Below, piece after piece: positions 1 through 9,169 of a DNA stretch of 64,000 bases. The position numbers were made by a program, and so were the translations under genes. The notes under the pieces are model-generated. The model made no database searches. It was given only the letters and a program-made list of their open reading frames with translations, and had not been told where the DNA came from. Source of the stretch: an uncultured Burkholderiales bacterium (GTDB lineage Bacteria > Pseudomonadota > Gammaproteobacteria > Burkholderiales > Burkholderiaceae_C); the NCBI GenBank assembly GCA_903894995.1, contig CAITSG010000156.1, forward strand, positions 13,240 through 77,239, given 5' to 3'. Positions within the stretch are counted from its first letter, which is position 1. Every line of letters starts with the position of its first letter.

Positions 1-362
1 AAGGACGTGGGCCAGATGTGATTTACGACCCTGTCGGGGGGGAACTGGCAGAACCCGCTTTTCGCTCAATTGCGTGGCGTGGTCGTTATCTGGTTGTAGG
101 CTTTGCAGGAGGGCCCATCCCATCATTGCCCTTGAATCTGCCCTTGCTCAAAGGCGCATCACTGGTTGGTGTTTTTTGGGGTGATTTCGCCCGACGCGAA
201 CCCCAAGCCAATGCGGCAATGATGGCCAAATTGGGTCAATGGTACGCCCAAGGAAAAATCAAACCTGTCATCGATCGCACCTTGCCCATGAGCGAACTCA
301 AAGCAGCTTACACACTGATGGGCTCGCGCAGTGTCAAAGGCAAATTGGTCATGGTCAATTGA
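1..362 (+). CDS. quinone oxidoreductase / medium-chain dehydrogenase-reductase family protein, C-terminal part (5' end outside window)
   Basis: The frame is open from the window edge; the listed ORF 18..362 begins at an internal GTG. DVIYDPVGGELAEPAFRSIAWRGRYLVVGFAGGPIPSLPLNLPLLKGASLVGVFWGDF...KGKLVMV is a typical Qor/MDR C-terminus. Confidence 0.8.
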   Translation, partial: GRGPDVIYDPVGGELAEPAFRSIAWRGRYLVVGFAGGPIPSLPLNLPLLKGASLVGVFWGDFARREPQANAAMMAKLGQWYAQGKIKPVIDRTLPMSELKAAYTLMGSRSVKGKLVMVN

Positions 363-543
363 CATTTTTGCGCTCATCAAGGTTAACACCCGAAGGATGC
401 CCCCCTGCCCCACTGAACGGCTAGTGGTCGCCCATGAGGGCGGGGGTGACATTTTGAACCCGTGAAGATCGTGATCCCACCCAAATCACCACAGAGCATC
501 ACGACAAAGAGCGGGCCAAACGTGGTGGCCAGCACAAATACAA

Positions 544-573
544 GGCTGCATGGGCAGCAGTGCCCATGCAGCC
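544..573 (-). terminator. probable intrinsic terminator (candidate original parC terminator)
   Basis: Perfect 13-bp stem GGCTGCATGGGCA / TGCCCATGCAGCC with a 4-nt loop. On the minus strand it is followed by TTGTATTTGT. It lies just downstream, in minus sense, of the orphan parC 3' copy. Confidence 0.5.
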
Positions 574-617
574 GCCTGACGCGCATGACCTGATTTTCCA
601 GGCCCGTACTGTTACAG

Positions 618-990
618 AACTGTCCCCAAATACGGTTCCCAAAGCTGTGGACAAGTGCAGGGACAAGCCGCCAAAGCCCCGCCCTGTATGGTCTGGCGGG
701 GCGTGCTTAAAAAAGCATCACTCCGCCCGACTTACTCCACCCGCGTCACCCGGTTGGGCTTGAAGCCCAGATCCTCCACGCGTTCCTGCTTGGCGCGCGC
801 CGCTTTGGCGTTGTTCAGGCTGCGGATCTCCACCGTTTCTTCGCGCTCTTTGGCGCCTCGGCCAATGCCCGCGATCTTGACGCTGCGGGTGTAGGCCGCA
901 GCGCCTGCAGGGGTGTCTTTGGCTTCGAGGTCGATGAGCATCAGGCCCCGGCCGCCTTTTTACATGGTCTTGAGTTCGCTGATCTCAAAG
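618..990. repeat. direct repeat copy A (parC 3' end plus downstream non-coding DNA)
   Basis: Aligns position-for-position without indels to 2253..2625. Identity is roughly four-fifths by eye. Confidence 0.9.
732..990 (-). pseudogene. orphan 3' fragment of a topoisomerase IV subunit A (parC) gene
   Basis: [69 protein letters not shown] matches the last 69 aa of the intact ParC (59/69 identical). There is an in-frame TAA at 960-962 where parC has GAA. No 5' part is present. Confidence 0.85.
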
Positions 991-1006
991 CCAAACCCGA
1001 ACGGCT

Positions 1007-2179
1007 TTAAGGCTTGGTCTGTGCATCGCGCAGGGCATCCCGTGCAGCTTCGGCCAAGGCGGCGCATGCCTGAGCTGGCTGTTGAGCGCCGACACACCAA
1101 AAACCCTCCTCAATGGCCTGCGCCAAAAACGTCAAGCTTTCTTCAGTGGGATGCCTTTGCTGGCCACGGCCCAGGGCTTGCAAGCCATAAAGCCGAATGT
1201 TCAATGTTTCAGAACCGATCTGGCGACGAAGGTATTGCCGAACATAGGCCTGTGCCTCGCCCTTTCCCAGCTCCGCCAGCAAGACCAAGGCATTGGTCTG
1301 AACCGGCACGCTCGGTCTTGTTGACGCGGCATTGACCACTGTGGGTTCTGGCTCAAGCAGTGGGGCCAGACTCAATAAGGCCGCATCGTCCAGATGCGCC
1401 AACTGGCCCAAAGAAACACCATGAGGCCCGGCCTCTTGGACCAAAGGCAACAACTGCTCTGCGTTGATGCGTGCTGCCGAGAAAGGCAGCATGCCCGTTG
1501 CCGCATGCATTCTTGGCATATTGACGATGGAGCCCAATTGCGCAAAATTGGCCGACTCGTAGGTGACCAGTACCGACGATTGCGGCATGGGCATGTAGGT
1601 CATGATCCGCTCAGGCACCGTGGCCAAACCAGGCGCATCGGGGTGGTACAAAGCGGCGGCGTGCCCCATCTCATGCGCCCAAATCACCCATTCGGGTGCA
1701 CGGTCGTTGCAAGAGTCATGTCTTTTGACATAAAAAACAGGACGACCCAATTGAGGGGTACACCCCAGGATGTAACCCGCGGCATCCCCACATTGCGCGA
1801 TCGCATCCACAATCACCAACTTAAGTTGACCTTCCGAGGCCTGAATGGATTGCATCAAGTTATTGTTGGCCCGACCCAAGCCCGTGTGGATTTGCACCGA
1901 GCCCAGCACCTCGAAACGCAAATTCACCCCTTGAGTCAACAACTGTCGACTGACGTCCTGCAGGCGTTGGCAAACCTGGCCCACCCCATAAGCCGACAGA
2001 CTGTCATCACGCCCCCGCCACACTTCCACCTGAATGACACGCCCCGCCGCCTGATCGCCCACACTGCAAGCCAAGGCCCCGGGGGCTGCGTTTTCCACCA
2101 CCTTGGGTGCTGTGCTGTTGCAGCCGGTGATCAAGGCAAAGATGCAACTGAACAGAATCCCTTGAAATCTGAATCGCAT
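1007..2179 (-). CDS. metzincin-like zinc metalloprotease lipoprotein with helical-repeat C-terminal region
   Basis: Signal peptide with lipobox MRFRFQGILFSCIFALITG-C. Extended zinc motif HEMGHAAALYH (HExxHxxAxxH) is followed by RIMTYMP, a Met-turn candidate. GGGGA lies 6 nt before the ATG at 2179; the ORF track starts 5 codons earlier at 2194. Confidence 0.7.
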   Translation of the reverse strand: MRFRFQGILFSCIFALITGCNSTAPKVVENAAPGALACSVGDQAAGRVIQVEVWRGRDDSLSAYGVGQVCQRLQDVSRQLLTQGVNLRFEVLGSVQIHTGLGRANNNLMQSIQASEGQLKLVIVDAIAQCGDAAGYILGCTPQLGRPVFYVKRHDSCNDRAPEWVIWAHEMGHAAALYHPDAPGLATVPERIMTYMPMPQSSVLVTYESANFAQLGSIVNMPRMHAATGMLPFSAARINAEQLLPLVQEAGPHGVSLGQLAHLDDAALLSLAPLLEPEPTVVNAASTRPSVPVQTNALVLLAELGKGEAQAYVRQYLRRQIGSETLNIRLYGLQALGRGQQRHPTEESLTFLAQAIEEGFWCVGAQQPAQACAALAEAARDALRDAQTKP

Positions 2180-2252
2180 GAATATCCCCTGCAAAATATA
2201 TTTACAAAGTATTCATTCAATGAACCAAGCCGTCAACTGTTGTGCAGGGTTC

Positions 2253-2625
2253 AACTGTCCCCAAACCCCGTGCCCAAAGCTGTGGACAAGTGCTTGGACA
2301 AGCCGCCAAAGCCCCGCCCCACAAGGGCTGGCGAGGATTGCTCAAAAAAGCATCACGGTGCCCTGATCACTCCACCCGCGTCACTCGGTTCGGCTTGAAG
2401 CCCAGATCGGCCACTTTGCCTTTTTTGGCGCGAGCGGTTTTGGCGTTGTTCAGACTTCGGATTTCGAGCGTTTCTTCGCGCTCTTTGCCACCGCGCCCAA
2501 TGCCTTCGATCTTGACGCTGCGGGAATAAGCCGCTGCGCCCGCTAGGGTGTCTTTGGCTTCCAAGTCGATGAGCATCAGGCCCCGGCCGCCTTTTTCCAT
2601 GGTCTTGAGTTCGCTGATCTCAAAG
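2253..2625. repeat. direct repeat copy B (functional parC 3' end plus downstream non-coding DNA)
   Basis: Counterpart of 618..990. It includes the last 86 codons of the intact parC and 114 nt downstream. Confidence 0.9.
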
Positions 2626-4736
2626 GTCAGCACACGACCGCCCGTGCTGGCGCAGCAGACGCTTGTTGCGGCTGGCATGGCTTGCTTATCGGCCGGCACC
2701 GTGGCACTGCTGCCGCTCACATGGCTGGGCACACACACGGTTTCGCCGTCGCCCAAGCTGATGAAGGCCTTGCCCGCTTTGTTGCGCGAAATCATGTTCT
2801 CGACTGAGGCCATGAAGCCATAACCGCCGGATCCGCTCAGCAGCAGTGTGGCGTGGGCCGGGCCTGCAAAGTAGTGGGCGATTTGCGTGGTGGGTTCGAG
2901 TTCGATGAGTGTGGTCACGGGCTGGCCGTCGCCGCGCGCGCCGGGCAAAGTGGCCACGGGCACGCTGTAGACGCGGCCGTTGCTGCCGAAGATGATGAGT
3001 GTTTCCACCGTGCGGCATTCGAAAGTGCCGTAAAGGCCATCGCCCGCCTTGAAGGCGAAGCTGGTGGCGTCGTGGCCGTGTCCGGTGCGGGCACGCACCC
3101 AGCCTTTTTCCGACACGACCACTGTCACGGGTTCGTCCACCACCTTGACTTCGGCCACGGCTTTTTTCTCTTCCTGGATCAGGGTGCGGCGTGGGTCGGC
3201 AAAGGTTTTGGCATCGGCCTCGATCTCTTTGATCATCAGGCGGCGCAGCGCGGCGGGGCTGCCCAAAATCTCTTCGAGCTTGCCCTGCTCACCGCGCAGT
3301 TCGCTCAGCTCTTGCTCGATCTTGATGGCTTCCAGCCTGGCCAGTTGGCGCAGGCGAATCTCCAGTATGTCTTCGGCCTGGCGGTCACTGAGTTTGAAAA
3401 ACTCGATCAGTGCAGGCTTGGGTTCATCGCTCTGGCGGATGATGCGGATCACCTCGTCGATGTTCAGCAACACCAACTGGCGACCTTCCAGAATGTGAAT
3501 GCGGTCCAGCACTTTGTTCAGGCGGTGCTGGCTGCGGCGGGTGATGGTGATTTGGCGGAAAGTGACCCACTCCACCAACATCTGGCGTAAGGACTTTTGA
3601 ATCGGTTTGCCGTCGATGCCGACCGAGGTCATGTTGATCGGCGCAGACGTTTCGAGGCTGGTGTGGGCCAGCAAGGCGGTGATGAGTTCTTGCTGTTCAA
3701 TGCGGCTGGTTTTGGGCTCGAACACCAGGCGCACAGCGGCGTCTTTGCTCGATTCGTCGCGCACCACATCGAGCACGGCCAGCATGCTGGCTTTGAGCAA
3801 CACTTGGTCAGCGCTGAGTGCTTTTTTACCGGCTTTGACCTTGGGGTTGGTGAGTTCTTCGATCTCTTCGAGCACGCGCTGCGAGCTCACGCCTTGCGGC
3901 AATTCGGTCACGACCAGCTGCCACTGGCCACGAGCGAGTTCTTCGATCTTCCAACGGGCACGCACCTTGAGGCTGCCGCGCCCGGTGCGGTAGGCGTCGG
4001 CAATGTCGCTGGCCGGGCTGATGATTTGTCCGCCACCGGGGTAGTCCGGGCCGGGGATGATGGCCATCAACTCGCTGTCGCTCAGCTTGTCGTTGCGGAT
4101 CAAAGCGACACAAGCATCGGCCACTTCGCGCAAGTTGTGGCTGGGGATCTCGGTGGCCAGGCCCACGGCAATGCCGCTGGCACCGTTGAGCAAGCTGAAA
4201 GGCAAGCGGGCGGGCAGCTGGCGCGGCTCTTCGGTGGAGCCGTCGTAGTTGGGGATGAAGTCCACCGTGCCCATGTCGATCTCATCGAGCAGCAAGCTGG
4301 TGATGCGCGCCAAGCGCGCTTCGGTGTAGCGCATGGCGGCTGCGCCATCGCCGTCTCGACTGCCAAAGTTGCCCTGGCCGTCGATCAGTGGGTAGCGCTG
4401 TGAGAAGTCTTGCGCCATGCGCACCAGCGCGTCATAAGCCGCCGTGTCGCCATGCGGGTGGTAGCGTCCCAGCACATCACCCACCACGCGGGCGCTTTTG
4501 ACGGGCTTGGCGGCGGTGTTGTTGTTGGGGCCGCTGTACGACAAGCCCATGCGGTCCATCGAATACAAAATGCGCCGCTGAACAGGCTTTTGGCCGTCGC
4601 ACACATCGGGCAAGGCGCGGCCTTTGACGACGGACAGCGCGTATTCCAGATAGGCCCGCTGGGCGTAGGCACCCAGGTGGTCGCCTTCGGGGGCTGCGGG
4701 TTGCAGTGAAGCTTCAGGGGTCAGCAAATCGGTCAT
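2367..4736 (-). CDS. parC: DNA topoisomerase IV subunit A
   Basis: 789 aa. N-terminus [32 protein letters not shown] and QRDR-like [20 protein letters not shown]. Its size (shorter than GyrA) and adjacency to parE support the call. Confidence 0.92.
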   Translation of the reverse strand: MTDLLTPEASLQPAAPEGDHLGAYAQRAYLEYALSVVKGRALPDVCDGQKPVQRRILYSMDRMGLSYSGPNNNTAAKPVKSARVVGDVLGRYHPHGDTAAYDALVRMAQDFSQRYPLIDGQGNFGSRDGDGAAAMRYTEARLARITSLLLDEIDMGTVDFIPNYDGSTEEPRQLPARLPFSLLNGASGIAVGLATEIPSHNLREVADACVALIRNDKLSDSELMAIIPGPDYPGGGQIISPASDIADAYRTGRGSLKVRARWKIEELARGQWQLVVTELPQGVSSQRVLEEIEELTNPKVKAGKKALSADQVLLKASMLAVLDVVRDESSKDAAVRLVFEPKTSRIEQQELITALLAHTSLETSAPINMTSVGIDGKPIQKSLRQMLVEWVTFRQITITRRSQHRLNKVLDRIHILEGRQLVLLNIDEVIRIIRQSDEPKPALIEFFKLSDRQAEDILEIRLRQLARLEAIKIEQELSELRGEQGKLEEILGSPAALRRLMIKEIEADAKTFADPRRTLIQEEKKAVAEVKVVDEPVTVVVSEKGWVRARTGHGHDATSFAFKAGDGLYGTFECRTVETLIIFGSNGRVYSVPVATLPGARGDGQPVTTLIELEPTTQIAHYFAGPAHATLLLSGSGGYGFMASVENMISRNKAGKAFISLGDGETVCVPSHVSGSSATVPADKQAMPAATSVCCASTGGRVLTFEISELKTMEKGGRGLMLIDLEAKDTLAGAAAYSRSVKIEGIGRGGKEREETLEIRSLNNAKTARAKKGKVADLGFKPNRVTRVE

Positions 4737-5071
4737 TTTGTGTGCGAGTTCTCGGGTTTGCGTTCAGGTGTGGCGGGGAATTGGGCAGACATCGATTTGC
4801 GAGGCGTTAAAAAATGACTGCCCATAAATTGTGGGCCTGCACGCTCAAGCCCGTCCATTCTTGGTGAATGATGTTGGTCAGCTGCGCTGAATTTATCCGC
4901 TTTCTCAAGACCGCTTATGCGCTCATGGCCCACCTTGGCCGGCCAGCGTTTGAAGGGCTCGTCCTTGGGTGAGGGGATGGACTGGATCAGGCGCAAGAGT
5001 GTTGGCACATCGCGATAAATAGCGGGTTTGAAATCGCTCAATTCAATGCGCGGTTGTTCAACCAAAGTCAT
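4733..5071 (-). pseudogene. remnant of a BRO-N/DinD-like (DNA-damage-inducible protein D family) gene
   Basis: Only the first ~60 codons look protein-like: PTLLRLIQSIPSPKDEPFKRWPAKVGHERI resembles the conserved IQSIPSPKAEPFKLWLAKVGYER block of that family as I recall it. The N-terminal BRO domain is absent and the C-terminal half is low quality. The stop overlaps the parC ATG. Confidence 0.4.
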
Positions 5072-5091
5072 GGGCGATTGAAGCTCAGGGT

Positions 5092-5529
5092 TTAGGGAAC
5101 GAGCACCTTGGGCACCCAACCTTTTGCAGTGGCCCGCTTGGCAAAGCCTTTGGCATCGAAGGTGACCAGCGCATCGCAATGGCGGCTGCTGGCGTGGTGC
5201 AATGCATCGGCAAAGTCGAAACCTTGGCTCAAGGCATCGCAGGCACTTTGCAAGGCTTGGCGGTCTTGCATTTGCACCTGGGGCATGCTGAGCAAGTGGT
5301 TGAACACCTTGGCCACCGTGCGCGCCTCCAGTTTGTAGAACCCACGCAAAACCGACTCTAACTCCAAGGCCACGGTGGTGGCCACGAAGAGGGGTTTGCC
5401 ACTCTCCAGCAAGGCACGGGCATGCTCACATTGGAGCGCCGTGGCGGCATCGGTTTGCTCGGCCTGCACGTAATAACGCGCCAACACATTGGTGTCCAAC
5501 GCCGTCAGCTGCGAGGTGCGTTGCTTCAT
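5092..5529 (-). CDS. vapC: PIN-domain ribonuclease toxin VapC
   Basis: MKQRTSQLTALDTNVLARYYV... shows the PIN acidic-residue pattern, with a C-terminal DALVTFD. The ATG overlaps the antitoxin stop (ATGA at 5526-5529). Confidence 0.8.
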   Translation of the reverse strand: MKQRTSQLTALDTNVLARYYVQAEQTDAATALQCEHARALLESGKPLFVATTVALELESVLRGFYKLEARTVAKVFNHLLSMPQVQMQDRQALQSACDALSQGFDFADALHHASSRHCDALVTFDAKGFAKRATAKGWVPKVLVP

Positions 5530-5762
5530 GGCTTGAGCGCTTGAGCCGCATCCCAATCGGCCGCCACGTGCGGCCCCTTGACTTTGACCATGCCAAAACC
5601 GGGTTGGGGCGACTTTTTGGCAGGGACTGCGGGGCGTAAGGTGATACAACTGGCGTCGGCGCTGAGGTCAAACGTCACCGCTTGCCCCGGCATCAAGCCC
5701 AGTTGCTGACGCAGGGCTTGCGGAATGGTGACTTGGCCTTTGCTGGTCAGTGTGGAAAGCAT
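5526..5762 (-). CDS. vapB: AbrB/SpoVT/MazE-type antitoxin VapB
   Basis: MLSTLTSKGQVTIPQALRQQLGLMPGQAVTF is the classic AbrB-fold N-terminus. GGAGG lies 7 nt upstream of the ATG at 5762. There is a 4-bp overlap with vapC. Confidence 0.8.
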   Translation of the reverse strand: MLSTLTSKGQVTIPQALRQQLGLMPGQAVTFDLSADASCITLRPAVPAKKSPQPGFGMVKVKGPHVAADWDAAQALKP

Positions 5763-5838
5763 GGTGGACCTCCGGGTTGATCTGGGTGCGGGTGAAAGCA
5801 CCATTGCGTTGTATTACCTAGTAAGAATTGACGCCGAT

Positions 5839-7821
5839 TTACACATCGATCTCAATCGAGTCGCCGTGCAGTTCCATCAGCTCGCGGCGGGCGGCAGCTT
5901 CGCCTTTGCCCATCAGTTGCATCATCAAGTTTTCAGTGCCCGCGTTGTCCAGCGGGCCCAACTCGATGGGCAGCAGACGGCGCGTGTCGGGGTTGAGCGT
6001 GGTGTCCCACAGTTGCTCGGCGCTCATCTCGCCCAAGCCCTTGAATCGGCTGATGCTCCAGCCGCCTTCTTTCACGCCGTCTTTGCGCAGCTTGTCGATG
6101 ATGGCGGTCAGCTCGCCCTCGTCCAGCGCATAGGCTTTGGACGCGGGCTTTTTGCCGCGTGCAGGCGCATCGACGCGGAACAGCGGTGGCCTGGCCACAT
6201 ACAGGTGGCCCGTTTCGATGAGCTTCGGAAAGTGGCGGAAGAACAAGGTCAGCAGCAGCACCTGAATGTGCGAGCCGTCCACGTCCGCGTCCGACAAGAT
6301 GCAGACCTTGCCGTAACGCAGATTGCTCATGTCGGGGTTGTCGTTCGGACCGTGGGGGTCCACGCCAATGGCCACCGAAATGTCGTGGATTTCGTTGTTG
6401 GCAAACAAGCGGTCGCGGTCCACTTCCCAGGTGTTGAGCACCTTGCCGCGCAGGGGCAAGATGGCTTGGCTTTCTTTGTTGCGACCCATTTTGGCGCTGC
6501 CGCCCGCCGAGTCGCCCTCGACCAAAAACACCTCGTTGTGCAAGATGTCTTTGCTCTCGCAGTCGGTCAGCTTGCCGGGCAGCACGGCCACGCCCGAACT
6601 CTTGCGCTTTTCGACCTTTTGGCCCGCCTTTTGGCGGGTTTGCGCGGCCTTAATGGCCAGCTCGGCCAGCTTTTTTCCGTAGTCCACATGTTCGTTCAGC
6701 CACAGCTCCAAAGCCGGGCGCACAAAGCTGGACACCAAGCGAACCGCGTCGCGCGAGTTCAAGCGTTCCTTGATCTGGCCCTGAAACTGCGGGTCCAGCA
6801 CCTTGGCGCTCAGCACATAGCTGGCGCGGGCAAACACGTCTTCGGGCATGAGCTTGACGCCCTTGGGCAACAAGCCATGAAGCTCGATGAAGCTTTTGAC
6901 GGCGGTGAACAGGCCGTCGCGCAAGCCGCTGTCGTGCGTGCCGCCAGCGCTGGTGGGGATCAGGTTCACATAACTCTCACGCACCGGCGCGCCGTCTTCG
7001 GTAAAAGCCACAGCCCATGAAGCGCCCTCGCCTTCGGCAAAGCTGTCGTGGTTGCCGTCGGCAAAACCTTCGCCTTCGAACAGCGGGATGACAGGGTCGC
7101 CGTTCAGGGTTTGGGTCAGGTAGTCACGCAAACCCGCCTTGTATTGCCACTGCTGGGTTTCTTTGGATTTCTCGTTCACCAAAGTCACCGTCACGCCCGG
7201 CATGAGTACGGCTTTGCTGCGCAGCAGGTGAGTGAGCTCGTTCATGGGCAGGGCGCTGGACTCGAAATATTTGGCGTCGGGCCAGGCCCGCACGGTGGTG
7301 CCTTGTTTACGATCGCCTTCGCCTGTCGCACGGGCCACCAGTGGCTCAATCACGTCACCCGCTGAAAACGCGAGCGTGGCCACTTTGCCTTCGCGGTAGC
7401 TGGTGGCTTCCAGCCGTTTGGACAGCGCGTTGGTCACCGACACGCCCACGCCGTGCAAGCCGCCCGAGAAGCTGTAGGCACCGCCCTTGCCCTTGTCGAA
7501 CTTGCCACCTGCGTGCAAGCGGGTGAACACCAGCTCGATCACGGGCGCTTTTTCTTCGGGGTGCAGTCCAAACGGAATGCCCCGGCCATCGTCTTCGATG
7601 CTGACCGAGCCATCCAAGTGCAGGATGACTTTGATCTTTTTACCGAAACCGGCAAGCGCCTCGTCGGCGGCGTTGTCCAGCACCTCTTGGATGATGTGCA
7701 GGGGGTTGTCGGTGCGGGTGTACATGCCCGGGCGTTGCTTGACGGGCTCTAAGCCCTTCAAGACGCGGATCGAGCCTTCGGAGTACTCACTGGAGGTTTT
7801 GACAGTTGATTGGGTGGCCAT
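5839..7821 (-). CDS. parE: DNA topoisomerase IV subunit B
   Basis: 660 aa. IRVLKGLEPVKQRPGMYTRTDNPLHIIQEVLDNAADEAL, a GHKL ATPase domain, and Toprim EVFLVEGDSAGGSAK. The size fits ParE rather than GyrB. Confidence 0.92.
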   Translation of the reverse strand: MATQSTVKTSSEYSEGSIRVLKGLEPVKQRPGMYTRTDNPLHIIQEVLDNAADEALAGFGKKIKVILHLDGSVSIEDDGRGIPFGLHPEEKAPVIELVFTRLHAGGKFDKGKGGAYSFSGGLHGVGVSVTNALSKRLEATSYREGKVATLAFSAGDVIEPLVARATGEGDRKQGTTVRAWPDAKYFESSALPMNELTHLLRSKAVLMPGVTVTLVNEKSKETQQWQYKAGLRDYLTQTLNGDPVIPLFEGEGFADGNHDSFAEGEGASWAVAFTEDGAPVRESYVNLIPTSAGGTHDSGLRDGLFTAVKSFIELHGLLPKGVKLMPEDVFARASYVLSAKVLDPQFQGQIKERLNSRDAVRLVSSFVRPALELWLNEHVDYGKKLAELAIKAAQTRQKAGQKVEKRKSSGVAVLPGKLTDCESKDILHNEVFLVEGDSAGGSAKMGRNKESQAILPLRGKVLNTWEVDRDRLFANNEIHDISVAIGVDPHGPNDNPDMSNLRYGKVCILSDADVDGSHIQVLLLTLFFRHFPKLIETGHLYVARPPLFRVDAPARGKKPASKAYALDEGELTAIIDKLRKDGVKEGGWSISRFKGLGEMSAEQLWDTTLNPDTRRLLPIELGPLDNAGTENLMMQLMGKGEAAARRELMELHGDSIEIDV

Positions 7822-7957
7822 GGTCGCGGATTGTAGTGGGATTTATCTCGCAACACTGGATGCATACACAGTACACAAAGACCCGAACATGAGTCGCTTG
7901 GCAGATTCAGCCATGTGCGCGACGCTGGATCGCGGCGAGATTGGTTAAAGTCGCCGC

Positions 7958-9169
7958 ATGCAAAACAAACCCCTGTCCCTCAACCAAGTGCTTCTGTGTG
8001 GCGCGGCCATCGTCACCCTGTCCATGGGCATTCGCCACGGCTTTGGCCTGTGGCTTCAGCCCATCACCCAAGACCAAGGCTGGGGCCGACAGGAGTTCGG
8101 CTTTGCCATGGCCATCCAGAACCTGGCCTGGGGTTTCATGGGCATTTTTGCGGGCATGCTCGCCGACAAGTTTGGCGCGTTTCGCGTCATCACGGCCGGC
8201 GCCTTGTTGTACGGATTGGGGCTGGTGGGCATGGCCCAGGCCCAAACGCCTTGGATGTTTGCGCTGTTCACGGGCGTCATCATCGGCACTGCCCAGGCGG
8301 GCACCACCTACGCCGTGATTTATGGCGTGATTGGTCGCAATGTGCCTGCCGAGCGCCGTTCCTGGGCCATGGGCATTGCGGCTGCGGCCGGCAGCTTCGG
8401 GCAGTTTTTGATGGTGCCGGTGGAAGGCATGCTGATCAGCCAAGCGGGTTGGCAAAACGCCCTGATGATTTTGGCCGCCGCCACTGTGCTCATCATTCCG
8501 CTGGCTTGGGGCCTGCGCGAGCCGGCTTTGCACGCACCGGGCCAGGTCAAACGTGAGCAGACCATCCTCCAGTCGCTGCAAGAAGCCTTCAAGTACCCGA
8601 GCTTTCAGCTGCTGATGGCGGGCTATTTTGTGTGCGGCTTTCAGGTGGTGTTCATCGGTGTGCACATGCCCAGCTACCTGAAAGACCAAGGCATGGCACC
8701 CCAAGTGGCCAGTTATGCGCTGGCCCTGATTGGTCTGTTCAACGTGGTGGGCACCTACATTGCGGGCACCATGGGTCCAAAAATCCCGAAAAAGCACATC
8801 CTGGCCACCATCTACATCTTGCGCTCGGTGGCGATCACGCTGTTCTTGCTGGTGCCGCTGTCGCCCACCAGCGTTTACATCTTCTCGGCCGTGATGGGCT
8901 TGCTGTGGCTGTCCACCGTGCCCCCCACCAACGCGGCGGTGGCGCATATTTTTGGCGTGGCGCATCTGTCCATGCTCAGCGGTTTCATCTTTTTCGGCCA
9001 CCAGATCGGCTCCTTCATGGGCGTGTGGCTGGGCGGTTATTTGTACGACAAGACCGGCAGCTACGACATCGTCTGGTACCTGGCCATTGCCTTGGGCGTG
9101 TTGGCTGCGCTGGTGAACCTGCCTGTGCGTGAGAGCCCCATCGTGCGTGCATCGCCCCAAACCGCATGA
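7958..9169 (+). CDS. MFS transporter
   Basis: 403 aa with about 12 hydrophobic segments and MFS-like loops (GMLADKFGAFRV). Confidence 0.8.
   Translation: MQNKPLSLNQVLLCGAAIVTLSMGIRHGFGLWLQPITQDQGWGRQEFGFAMAIQNLAWGFMGIFAGMLADKFGAFRVITAGALLYGLGLVGMAQAQTPWMFALFTGVIIGTAQAGTTYAVIYGVIGRNVPAERRSWAMGIAAAAGSFGQFLMVPVEGMLISQAGWQNALMILAAATVLIIPLAWGLREPALHAPGQVKREQTILQSLQEAFKYPSFQLLMAGYFVCGFQVVFIGVHMPSYLKDQGMAPQVASYALALIGLFNVVGTYIAGTMGPKIPKKHILATIYILRSVAITLFLLVPLSPTSVYIFSAVMGLLWLSTVPPTNAAVAHIFGVAHLSMLSGFIFFGHQIGSFMGVWLGGYLYDKTGSYDIVWYLAIALGVLAALVNLPVRESPIVRASPQTA

Noticed and set aside
4425-4460. ParC QRDR reads [11 protein letters not shown]: Thr at the E. coli Ser80-equivalent position and Asp at the Glu84-equivalent position.
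   Set aside because: These are conservative, probably lineage-typical residues. Thr is the wild-type residue at the equivalent gyrase position in some genera. There is no basis to infer fluoroquinolone resistance.
7907-9160. Very long ORFs antisense to confirmed genes. Examples are 7907-9160 opposite the MFS gene, 22407-23666 opposite ftsB/pnuC, 5725-7020 opposite parE, 1394-2398 opposite the metalloprotease, and 44590-45453 opposite the ABC ATPase.
   Set aside because: Their translations are Arg/Gly/His/Ala-rich, low-complexity and lack motifs. The opposite strand in each case encodes a protein with clear family signatures. They are typical shadow ORFs of GC-rich DNA.
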